This document shows positions 18,135-27,688 of a stretch of DNA of 64,000 nt, in pieces (within the stretch, counting starts at the first letter, position 1; each line of letters starts with the position of its first letter). The stretch covers positions 155,465 to 219,464 of IMG/VR virus record IMGVR_UViG_3300045051_000720; one strand, written 5' to 3'. The translations under genes were made by a program, and so were the position numbers. The notes under the pieces were generated by a model, which was not told the origin of the DNA, made no database searches, and worked only from the letters and a program-made list of their open reading frames with translations.

Positions 18135-18680
18135 ATGAAGACCATCACCCTTCATCGCCTCAAGACCATCCTTGAGAACCTGACCCACGCCACGCCCGTG
18201 GGTGTCATCGCTTTGACCACCGCGGACTGCCGCGCCAAGGGGCCAACCGGCCCCAACCCATGGGGCAAGGATGGCGTCAAGAAACTGACTCGGCTTAACG
18301 CTATGATCGGCACGGACCACGAGCTGTCCATCCAGCGCCAACAGGCCCGCGAGGGTCAGGAAGCCGATTTCCTCGCTGCGCCGCGCTCATGGGGCGTTCG
18401 GATCGGACCGGGGTTGGTTGAGCATAGGGGGCAGTACTATTTGCCTCTCCAACTCAGTCCCGTCAACGCGGTGCGTCCATTATACTTGGTCCCCCGAGAA
18501 CGCGGGGCCAAGACCATCCTCACCGCCGTACCCAAGGAAATCGTTGCACCGTGGTTATCACCCGCGCGGGATGAGCGTGTCTATCAGGGGGTAGTCCGAC
18601 CGGTAGTTAGGCGCGATCTAAGGCTTGACAGTATCGTTAGCATCACTCTTGGCGGGGAGAAGTATCGCATTAGATCTTGA
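18135..18680 (+). CDS. conserved phage hypothetical protein upstream of the pentamer array
   Basis: leaderless ATG 18135; NPWG..VKKLTRLNAMIG..QRQQAREG..F..PRSWG..LVEHRGQYYL motifs. Confidence 0.75.
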   Translation: MKTITLHRLKTILENLTHATPVGVIALTTADCRAKGPTGPNPWGKDGVKKLTRLNAMIGTDHELSIQRQQAREGQEADFLAAPRSWGVRIGPGLVEHRGQYYLPLQLSPVNAVRPLYLVPRERGAKTILTAVPKEIVAPWLSPARDERVYQGVVRPVVRRDLRLDSIVSITLGGEKYRIRS

Positions 18681-18708
18681 CACTAGGCATCGTTTGGCAA
18701 CACTTAAA
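18677..18708 (+). promoter_or_regulatory. probable promoter of the pentamer array
   Basis: TTGACA at 18677, weak -10 (AACACT ~18699); predicted start near 18709 where the array begins. Confidence 0.5.
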
Positions 18709-19105
18709 GGCGGGGCTTGGCAGGGCTGGGCACGGCGGGGCACGGTTAGGCAAGTGTAAGGCAAGGAACGCGGTTCGGTATGGCAACGCGGGGCGACGCC
18801 GGGTTTGGCCGGGCGTGGCCGGGCGCGGCGAGGTTGGGTTAGGCATGGAACATGGTGTGGTGAGGCTGGGTATGGCGGGGCATGAGTAGGGCGAGGAACA
18901 TGGTAGGGCAAGGCTGGGCGCGGCTGAGCAGGGTCAGGTCCGGTACGGCTAGGCTCGGTTAGGCAAGGTCCGGGGCAGCGCGAGGTGTGGCACGGCTTGG
19001 CTGGGCAACGCACGGCCGGGTCCGGCGAGGCAAGGAACGAGGTGAGGTGGGGCAGGGCAGCGCGCGGCGTGGTCAGGCAGGGCTTGGCAGGGCAACGCAA
19101 GGTCC
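18709..19105 (+). ncRNA. GGY-NN pentamer array, candidate guide-RNA locus (VIPR-like)
   Basis: 64 exact GGYNN units plus 7 CGC/AGC variants in 5-nt register, six segments punctuated by GGC(AA/AT/GA)GGAAC; no credible ORF. Confidence 0.85.
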
Positions 19106-19138
19106 GAGGCGCGACGGTCTATCCGCGCACAATTTCTC

Positions 19139-19167
19139 TTGACAGTAGGCTCTAACATCACTACCTT
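19139..19167 (+). promoter_or_regulatory. promoter of RAMP gene
   Basis: TTGACA(19139)-17-TACCTT(19162). Confidence 0.65.
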
Positions 19168-19245
19168 CACATTATCTCCAATAGGCACCTACGCTCAGAC
19201 AATCACGTCAACGAGCATCACTCGTGACCGAACGAGACAACGCAC

Positions 19246-19908
19246 ATGCAAAAGTATAATATCGCACTCGTTGGGGCAAATCCGCTCCTTCTTCATCACG
19301 ACAACATCTCGTGGGCTGGGCTCATGAACGAATGGAATACGGACCCCGCGAACAAAGCCAAGTCCGTCGCGGGCGACGACCGCACTCCCGCTCACCGTTG
19401 GATTGGTTGTCTATACCACGAGGGTGGTCGTCTCATCGTCCCCAGCGATAACCTCATGACTATGCTGCGTGAGGGTGGCGCGCGATGTCCGACTGGAAAG
19501 AAAGGCGCGACGTTCAAACGTCAGACCCAATCCGGGCTGGTTGTCGACCAGAGCGGATGGTCCTTGACTGTTGATGGCAAGGAAATCCCCTATGATCCTA
19601 TTGCCAAGCTTATCGACGAGCCCGACTTCACCAAGCACGAGAAGACGGTAGCGAAGATGGGTTTTGCGCTGTTTGTTAAACGCGCCCGTGTCAACCAGAC
19701 CAAACATGTCCGTGTGCGTCCTCGGTTCGACCGTTGGGAGGCGGCGGGCTCCATTACCGTGTTCGACGATACTATCACTGACCGCGTACTCGAAGACATC
19801 CTCAAGTTTGGAGGTCGTTACGCCGGTCTTGGCGATTGGCGTCCATCATCCCCGAAATCCCCCGGACCATTCGGAACCTTCACGGTGACCGTTTCCCCCG
19901 CATCATGA
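19246..19908 (+). CDS. stand-alone RAMP/Cas7-like protein (Vipr-like candidate effector)
   Basis: N-terminal strand YNIALVGANPLLLH, IVPSDNLMTMLREGG, RVRPRFDRWE strand and C-terminal Gly-rich loop GGRYAGLGDWRP..PGPFGTFTV. Confidence 0.8.
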   Translation: MQKYNIALVGANPLLLHHDNISWAGLMNEWNTDPANKAKSVAGDDRTPAHRWIGCLYHEGGRLIVPSDNLMTMLREGGARCPTGKKGATFKRQTQSGLVVDQSGWSLTVDGKEIPYDPIAKLIDEPDFTKHEKTVAKMGFALFVKRARVNQTKHVRVRPRFDRWEAAGSITVFDDTITDRVLEDILKFGGRYAGLGDWRPSSPKSPGPFGTFTVTVSPAS

Positions 19909-20378
19909 GCGCAACAACCAAACTCTTCGGCGGCGGCGTTCCTACTCAACCCGAGGTTGAAAGCCTGATCAAACGATTTGGTGTTCCTGCGGTAGGGACA
20001 TCGATTCTCTATGTCGATATTGCGGCTACCATTGGACATCCTGTTCGTAGCAATCGCTATCTCGCTGTAGTATCAAGGTGGCGTAAACGTCTGTTCCAGC
20101 AGCATAATCTATTGCTGGACCCTATTCATGGTGAATCCTATACGGTCTGTAACAACAGCCAACGTATTTCCCACAGCACTGGCAAGTACAAAAGCGGCCT
20201 TCGGCATATTCGACGTGCGTCCGAAGTAGCTGCTCGGACCGACACAGAAGGATTGCTTCCCGACGAGATGCGGGCTCGCGACCATATCGTCAAGACCGGT
20301 AATGCTTTGCAGCTAGCGGCGGCCACTGCCGCACGGCAACTCAAATATGTTGCGCCGGGGCTACCTCAGTCAACGTGA
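19905..20378 (+). CDS. RAMP-coupled accessory protein
   Basis: ATGA overlap with RAMP stop; 157 aa, basic, helical. Confidence 0.7.
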   Translation: MSATTKLFGGGVPTQPEVESLIKRFGVPAVGTSILYVDIAATIGHPVRSNRYLAVVSRWRKRLFQQHNLLLDPIHGESYTVCNNSQRISHSTGKYKSGLRHIRRASEVAARTDTEGLLPDEMRARDHIVKTGNALQLAAATAARQLKYVAPGLPQST

Positions 20379-20400
20379 AGATGTCACGTACCGTTTTACC

Positions 20401-20838
20401 ATGACCATCGTTGACACCTCCACCCGCCTCCCCACCACCCCCGGACCCTACGCGGTTCTGGTCAAACCCGCACAGGGCTACCACCGCGCCATTGAGACCG
20501 GCGTGAGCTGGGATGGGTCATGGAAAGGGACCGATGATCCCGTCGTCGCGTGGGTTGACACCGCCGCGCGCGTTGCCGTTGTGCCTTCTCCGACTCAGGC
20601 GGTTGAACCCTCATCCTATTCCCTCACCCTCGTGGGCTTCGATCCTACCAGCAAGATCGGCGTGATCAAGCTCGTGCGCGAGCTGACGGGGCTCGGGTTG
20701 GCTGAATCCAAAGCGACGGTCGAGGCCCTTGCGATCAAACCCCTCATGATCAAGGAGAATGCTTCTCGCGCCGAGGTAACCGCACTGGACACCCGTCTGC
20801 GCGCGGCGGGTGGGGTGACCAAACTGGAGGCCGTATGA
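20401..20838 (+). CDS. ribosomal protein L7/L12 C-terminal-domain fusion protein
   Basis: YSLTLVGFDPTSKIGVIKLVRELTGLGLAESKATVE..P..IKENASRAE..L..AGG matches bL12 CTD; unrelated N-terminal domain. Confidence 0.8.
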   Translation: MTIVDTSTRLPTTPGPYAVLVKPAQGYHRAIETGVSWDGSWKGTDDPVVAWVDTAARVAVVPSPTQAVEPSSYSLTLVGFDPTSKIGVIKLVRELTGLGLAESKATVEALAIKPLMIKENASRAEVTALDTRLRAAGGVTKLEAV

Positions 20839-21053
20839 CCGACCGACTCAAAGGCTGCACTGTGATCTTCGATCACGACATCCGCGTGGATGACGCCGAG
20901 GCCCTACTCAATGCTATACGCATGATCAAAGGTGTCCAATCGGTCGAACCCTCCATCAGCACGAGCGAGGATTGGATGGCCGCGCGCAAGGCGAAGACTG
21001 ATATGATCAATGCCTTCCAGACGTGGCTCAACGAGCAGTGGGACAAGCGATGA
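20835..21053 (+). CDS. hypothetical protein
   Basis: MTDRLKGCTVIFDHDIRVDDAE..IRMIKGV motif. Confidence 0.65.
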   Translation: MTDRLKGCTVIFDHDIRVDDAEALLNAIRMIKGVQSVEPSISTSEDWMAARKAKTDMINAFQTWLNEQWDKR

Positions 21054-21484
21054 ACCGTTCCACTTTTCTCCGTACCATCCTCGCCGCCCCAGCCGCGCTG
21101 TGGGCTTTGACCCGTCCCACCCACGCGGTCGATTGGCGCAAGGAGGTAGACCCCAAGCTACCCCGCGTTCGCGCGGCGGTGTGCTATCAGCGGTTCTACA
21201 CCAAACTGACCGAGCGTGTCGTCCCACTGCGCGGGCCTTACAGTGTGCCGCTCCGAACCCATTGGATTGTCGGAAGTACGGCCGAGGGTGACACCGACCG
21301 CTTCCGCCAGCTCGAACGGTTCGAGCGTGGCGAGTGGGTGGTCGAAGACTGTTGGCGCGAGCAGGGAAGAAAACGCATCAGGGGTTCGCTCCAACTGAAC
21401 CGATGGTCCTACGTCTCTAATCGTGCGTCGTGGGCGCGGGACATCGTTGCTATCGCGCGGTGGTCAGAGTGGGAGACGACATGA
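21050..21484 (+). CDS. hypothetical protein with Tat-like leader
   Basis: MNRSTFLRTILAAPAALWAL. Confidence 0.55.
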   Translation: MNRSTFLRTILAAPAALWALTRPTHAVDWRKEVDPKLPRVRAAVCYQRFYTKLTERVVPLRGPYSVPLRTHWIVGSTAEGDTDRFRQLERFERGEWVVEDCWREQGRKRIRGSLQLNRWSYVSNRASWARDIVAIARWSEWETT

Positions 21485-21992
21485 CCCACCCAACAGATCT
21501 CCGCGATACCGTCAGTTCCCGCATCCGCCGCACGGTCGCGGCCAAGGCTTACAACCGCATCCATGCGTTCAACGCGGGCCGCGCCGAACCCCTCACCGAT
21601 GACGAAACCCACTGCTGGGCGGCGGGCTTCATTCAAGGCTACCTGCTGCGCCGCAACGAGCAGGCCAAGAAGAAGACGCGGTGAACCCCGTCCGTCAGCG
21701 GGTCGTTGAGAACCCAACCCTGATCGTGGACACCACCACCGCCGCGATGGTGGCTTGGCTTCGCGCCGCCGGCTTCGTGGATGGCGATCTCAAGGACATC
21801 TCGGACCGCCCACCCGAGGGCGTGTACCTGCGTCGGGGCACCACCTACGTGTTTATCGCGACCTACGAAGGTCGCTTCTGCGAGGCCATCATCGAGCGAC
21901 TAGACCAACCCAAACAGCCCAAGCGGAGGGTGGTTGGTACTGGGACGATTGCGCGATCGATGGACGAGCTGGTGGTGGTCATAGGGTCTTGA
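21481..21992 (+). other. two small coupled hypothetical ORFs (21481-21684, 21681-21992)
   Basis: ATGA/GTGA overlaps. Confidence 0.55.
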
Positions 21993-22033
21993 CCCTACTT
22001 GACAACCGCGTTCAACTCGGGTAGGGTACCACG

Positions 22034-22498
22034 ATGTCATCCTGCACCTGTCAATCCTGCCAAGGAGCTTGTAAGCGCAAACCCGGCTGGTTCAAGCCCG
22101 GTGAGGTTGAAGCCGTGGCCGCGTTCATGGGGTTGACGCTGCCCGAGCTGTTCGCCAAACACTTGGCGGCGGATTGGTGGGAGGATAGCGAACCTACCTT
22201 CGTGCTCTCTCCCGGCATCATCCGCTTTGGTGAGCCCCACGTGGGCACCGAGATGCCCGGCAACCCGCTGGGCCAGTGTGTGTTCTACAAGGATGGGCGC
22301 TGTTCCATCCATAAGGTCAAGCCTTTTGAGTGCCGGGCCTACCATCATGAGCTGACTCACGAACAGGTCAAAACCAACCATCGCGCGGCCTTCGAGGCTT
22401 GGGCCATGCCCGAGCACCAGAAGCAGATCGCGGACCTGTTGGGCCGCGAGCCGGTGGCTGAGTCGTACAGCATCTTTGACTCCTTCATGTGGCGATGA
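22034..22498 (+). CDS. YkgJ-family cysteine-cluster (Fe-S/Zn) protein
   Basis: CTCQSCQGAC..CVFYKDGRCSIHKVKPFECRAY; perfect palindrome-promoter at 21982-22033. Confidence 0.8.
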   Translation: MSSCTCQSCQGACKRKPGWFKPGEVEAVAAFMGLTLPELFAKHLAADWWEDSEPTFVLSPGIIRFGEPHVGTEMPGNPLGQCVFYKDGRCSIHKVKPFECRAYHHELTHEQVKTNHRAAFEAWAMPEHQKQIADLLGREPVAESYSIFDSFMWR

Positions 22499-25400
22499 AA
22501 CCCGAACGCCGTCACAGTCGGTCCGAGTGCAAGAAGATGGACCGCTTCCTCAAGGACCACGCGTGGGGTGGCTACTGGTACCGCCCGCACAAGCTGCGCA
22601 AGATCAGGTACACGGACGCCGACATCGCACTCCTGCTTGAGGCCCGCAATGCGGCGCAAGAGGCTGGTCGCCGTCGCATGGTGGCGCGCGGGTTGTGGCA
22701 GTACGCGCAAGCTGGTGAACTGACCCTCGAACAGGCCAAGCGGTGGGTGGCCGAGGGCAAGCGATTGCCTGACGAGGTGCTGAAGGAGCATGGGCTGGTC
22801 GGGCCTTCGTATTCATGAGCCTCGCCTCTCGCCAACGTGAACTCGCCCGTCGTCTGTCCAATCCTCCGCGCAACCCTACTTCGTCCGAACGACGCCGTGG
22901 TGCTCCACCCCTCAAGCCCGAGGAGTGGGAACGGTTGCGGGCATGGCAGGTGGCCCAGCGCGCGGCTCTGTGCGGCCCATGGTTGCCGTGGCCGGATGGC
23001 GAGCTGATACCGATCCCCACACCCGATCTCTATCCCGACCCCCTATGACCACCCGTCTTCCGTGGCCAGAGGTCCAGCGCCTGTACGTGGGCCGCACCTT
23101 TCGGCGGCGCACGCCCCGGCAGGAGACTCGCTGGGTGACCGATGTCACGCTCCGCGGGGACGTGGTTTATCAGTTTGACCGGAACCGCTCATGGACCAAA
23201 ATCGCGCCACAGGCTGAGTGGCTAGACTGGGTCGCCAAGGCCAAGGAGATCGCATGACCACACGACGCTCGTTCCTCGCTACCCTTGCCGCGCTGCCCGT
23301 GGCCGGGCTGGCTATCGCGCGAGCACTGGCCTCGCCACTACCCCCACCTCCGGCTAGCACCATCACGCTATTCGGCTGCACCACGCGTGCGCAAGCCAAG
23401 CGGGCCGCGCTGTGGTACCGGCAGTGTGGCTGGAAGAGCAACCCGGCGTGGGTGATGTACAACCATCTGGTCGCGACACACGGCCCAGCCGCCGTGGACC
23501 ACAAGTCCTTCGCCCGGCTGGCCGCGTACTGTGACGAACCCGTGAAGAAGATCTAGAGGAAGGACCTGTCTCATGACCAATTGGACTCCCTCAACCCACT
23601 GGGACCACGCCATCCCTACCTCCATTCCCGAGGTCATTGCGCTGCTCGAACGGCGCATCGAGGTCCATGCCAAGTGGCTGGACTGGTTTGAGAACGGTCC
23701 TAGCGCCGAAACCGCCCGCGCGACAGAGGAGGGAGTTGGATGCGCTGCGTCGCAACGCGCGTATATCGCCCAGTATCGGGGCGCTATCGCGGCGCTTAGG
23801 GACAACACCCTATAGACACCGCGCGTTCGATCCGCTACCGTCTCGCCATGACTCCACGCACCGACGCCCAAGTCTGCCGACTAACCAAGCCCCTGACCGG
23901 GTTTGCGTCCTATCCCGACACCACTGAGGTCGTGCCGGCAGAACTGGCTCGTGAACTGGAGCGGCGTTTGACCACCCTTGGCGGCATCCAAACCCTCTGC
24001 TCAGAAGCCGCCCGCGCGTTACGTCAGATCAAGGACCTCGCCAATGTCAACGAGCACACGCGCCAGATGCTGGTCAGCATTGGCAACAACCTCAACGAAG
24101 CATCACGTCGATGAACCCCCTCTCCTACGACGATCTACTCGCCGCCAACCGCGCGGCCAATGCTCTGATCTCCCAACAGGCCGATGAGATGGCCGCGCTC
24201 CAAGCTCGCCTAGACCAGATCGCCGCCGCCCTAAGCCACCCTGAGGCCACCCATGCCGAGGTGCTGGAGGACATCGCCATCCTCAGGCAGCTCATGTGCG
24301 CTGGGCGCGACCTAGAGGACACCGTAAAACGGTATCTCGAACGGCGCGACGCTGGCTACCCAAAGGTCGCTGAGGAGTACGTGCAGGGTATGCGGCGGGA
24401 CGTGACCAAGTGGGAAGGGGTCAACCGCCGGGACCCAGCGTTCATCTCGTCATGAGTATCCGGCCTTCCCCTCTCGCTCTTGACATCGCGCGTCATTTGG
24501 TCGGTGAGTGGTCAATCGGCCTCGTGTGGCGTGACGACGATAAGACCGACATTGGGTTCGCGACCGAAGAGGAGATCGCCGCCGCGATTGACACCATCCT
24601 CCTCCCCCGCCTCGCCGCGCACGCTGATGCCATCGAGGACGCCCTGAACGGGTCTGTCGATTCCCGCCCCTATCCTGACGGTCCCAATCTGGACCGCGAC
24701 ACCCGCGCCGCGCTGCGCAAGAGCCTTGAGGAGTTGAAACCATGACCCGTGCCGAACGCCGCGAACGCGCGCAACGCATCGTTGCCGACCTAAACGACAG
24801 CAGTGACGAGTGCCTGATGGCCCTAGACGACCTGCTCATCCTCGATCTGGAGGACGCCCTTGCCGCGCTGGTGTGGTCCTGTACTCCCACCCGCATCCCA
24901 TCCGATGTCGGGTATCCCGGCGTCAAGGCTCCCGATAAGAGAGTGCTCGAAACCGCGCGCCGCCTTCTGCCATGAACACCCCCGACCTTCCCGATGACAT
25001 CAGAGACGCCATCGACCGCGCCGCGCGTGCGGTTCGCCGCCGTCATCAACACCGCGCCGGCTATCTGGTTGACAAGGATGGTCCCTTCGTAGCCGAGCCT
25101 TCGCTCGACGACTTCGCCGAGGACATCGCCGACCAGCTCGTGATCCCACTGGCCCGGCGAGACGCGCAGGTTGAGGCTTTGCTCGCTGCCATCGAGGAGG
25201 CTATCTCGTTGAACGACAACGGGATGAGCGCGCTGGCGTGGGAGCGGCTGCGCAGTGCCATCACCACTTTGACATGAAGACCCGTTCCCGCAAAGCCCAC
25301 GCACGGTTCAACGCCTCGCTGGGGATCAAGCCTCGATTTGAAGGACTCCCGCCCGCCAAGGAGATGGGCCTCAAGCACGAGGAGTGGGTCGCGCTGATTC

Positions 25401-27341
25401 ACATTCGCAAACTTTACGGTGAGGTCCGTGATGGGTTGAACTACCTCACCATTGACCAGTGCGAGGCCAAGCTCGCGGAGGCCGAGTCGTGTCTCAGACT
25501 CCATTTTCCTGATTGGACCAGTCAACGTCTAGTCCAGATGTCCCAAGAGGACCTTTACGAGAGCGCGGCTGGGTGATATTCCCCAGCCATATGAGGGACA
25601 CACCCTATGGTGTTCCACCGCCGGTCTGCTATACTAGACACCGTGAATACACCTATCCTCTCAGTTACCTTGACCGCCGCGCAGGGCCGCACCCTGCTTG
25701 CCTCTCTTCCCGAGGCCCCCGAAGGCTTGACCTACATCTGCATCGGCCCCAACGTCTGGGGCTCCGCCAAGGTGGCGTCGAGCGCCGCGAAACGAGCGCG
25801 CGAGGAGGGTGGTGGCAAGGGACCCTACATCATCCATCTGGTCAACGGGGGTGCCGAGGTTGACTGCGTGAGCGGCAACCTCTACTACGCCAAGAGCACG
25901 ACTGGCCTTCAACTCGGCATCGCCCGATTCAAGCAATGAACCAACCTGTCGCCAATCCCGGCTATGACGGCACCGTCAAGGTGCTGCGCGAGGCTGGGTA
26001 CCACTGCACCCGCCAGTTCCGCTGTTCCGACTCCATGCGGAAGGGCTACATCCCCTGCGAGGAGCTGATGGAGGTCTGGCTGGGACCCAAGGGCGTCCTC
26101 ATCGTGCAGAAGTGGACCAAGGGTTGCGGCGCGCAGGTCTACCTTGGCTGGGGTGCTGGTCAGACCTTTGACGAGCTGAAGGCGGCGTTATGACCAAGAC
26201 CGACCGATTCGCCAAGGCGCTCCTCGAAAACGGCTTTCGTGAGTACCGCCAAGACGGTAAACGTGCGTTCGAGCGTAGCGGTAACCGTCGTCACGCGAGC
26301 TTTACCCTGCTAGGCAACGGGTGGGTTCATGTGTACACGCGCGAGTTCCCTGCCCGGGAGGGATGGGCCATATACAACTGCCGCGTCAGTGAGGCGCGCA
26401 AACTGATTGGATGGGTATGAGCACCACCAAACGCCCCCGCGCCACGAAGCGTGTCCGCACGACGCTCGACGTACTCCATCGCCGTCGCTACGATCTGTTT
26501 GCCTTGACTACCGAGGAAAATGCCAAACTGCGCCACGCCCTCCAGCTCCACATCGATTTTCTTGACTCCCTGCCTCGGGGTTGGCTGGGTCGCACGGTCG
26601 CGGACATCGGCCTCCTCAACGACGCCTACCTTGCCTCGCGTGCGGTGGGTGTGGTCAGCCGGAAGGAACGATGAGCACGCTACTCAAGCGCAAGGTCACT
26701 CGCATCACGCAGTCTTCACTCGACGGCTGCTTTGGTCCCGACCGGGGTCGGCGTATCGCCATTACTCTGGTCCCCGGCACGGATGTCATCCCCGATCTCA
26801 TCGTCCTCCGTCCCCACGGCACGCGCCGGCCCGAGTCAATCGCGGCCATCGATTGCTATGCGTACGCGATGAGGTGTCGCGTTTCCAAAGCCCAGCGCGA
26901 CAAAGCCCTCGCCAAGGCCCAAGCAATCAAGGCCCGCAAGGACGCGGCGAAGCGCGAGCGTGAGCTGGCGCGGGCGGTACGGAGGGAGCAATCATGAACC
27001 GCGAGCGTATCGACCTCTGCGCCGTCTGCGTCCCGGTCATCAAGGACCGCTTCATGCACGCGGCTGACCTATTCGAGCCCTTCAAGGTGCTCATCGAGGA
27101 GCCCATCCACATCTCGGGCTACATTGCCGAGGGCAACGATACCGCGTCCTGCATCACCAAGACCCGTGCCGCGCTAGAGAAGACCGGCGACTATCGGGTC
27201 ATCGCCATCTGGTGCTTGCAGCATCCAGAGGGAGCCTATCGTGACGAGACGGTCAAGGTGGTCAGCACCGGTCACGGCTGGTGTCTATTCCACGAGCTGT
27301 TGGAGCGGTATCAGTATCCGGTTGAGGTCTCTCCCCTATAG
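22495..27341 (+). other. run of ~17 small coupled hypothetical ORFs (22495-22818, 22815-23048, 23045-23257, 23254-23556, 23573-23815, 23848-24114, 24111-24455, 24452-24745, 24742-24975, 24972-25277, 25274-25576, 25643-25939, 25936-26193, 26190-26420, 26417-26674, 26671-26997, 26994-27341)
   Basis: gap-free + strand tiling with ATGA overlaps; no family recognised. Confidence 0.65.
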
Positions 27342-27373
27342 ACATCCCCATCCAACTCGTCTATCCTCCCACC

Positions 27374-27688
27374 ATGAACACCTTCGTCATGCTTTCCGAC
27401 TGCGTGGACCCCAGCGACCCCCAAGGTCGCACCTATCGCGAGATCAACGCCGCGAAGACACACGGCATCCCCATTGGCGCGCTTGTCGAGATCGGTCATC
27501 TCGACTATCCCTCCCCGATGGACGGCGCGCGGCTGTTTGTTGTCGCGCATAACCGTGATTGTGACGGCACTCCCCTGTATGCCCTCTGCGCGGACCCCGA
27601 GGACACAATCGTCCAGCGTAAGGGATTCGCCAACGACAAATGGCATCATGGGTACAGCGAGGACAGTCTGACGGTTATCCGACCATGA
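27374..27688 (+). CDS. conserved phage hypothetical protein
   Basis: THGIPIGALVE..GARLFVVAHNRDCDGTPLYAL motif; leaderless promoter. Confidence 0.7.
   Translation: MNTFVMLSDCVDPSDPQGRTYREINAAKTHGIPIGALVEIGHLDYPSPMDGARLFVVAHNRDCDGTPLYALCADPEDTIVQRKGFANDKWHHGYSEDSLTVIRP

Noticed and set aside
18645-18677. Segment 2 NN code read as S-I-N-G-E-R-F-R-V-R-A resembling the upstream gene's C-terminus (TLGGEKYRIRS)
   Set aside because: Only 12 of 22 nucleotide positions match, which is not distinguishable from chance without a database search
18709-19105. CRISPR array or simple microsatellite interpretation
   Set aside because: There are no 23-50-nt direct repeats with unique spacers, and the NN positions are too diverse for slippage-derived satellite DNA
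18618-19188. ORF-track proteins 18618-19100(-), 18677-18889(+) and 18949-19188(-)
   Set aside because: Their Pro/Arg/Gly-rich low-complexity translations are by-products of the GGYNN repeat; a 5-nt period with +2 shifts is incompatible with coding selection
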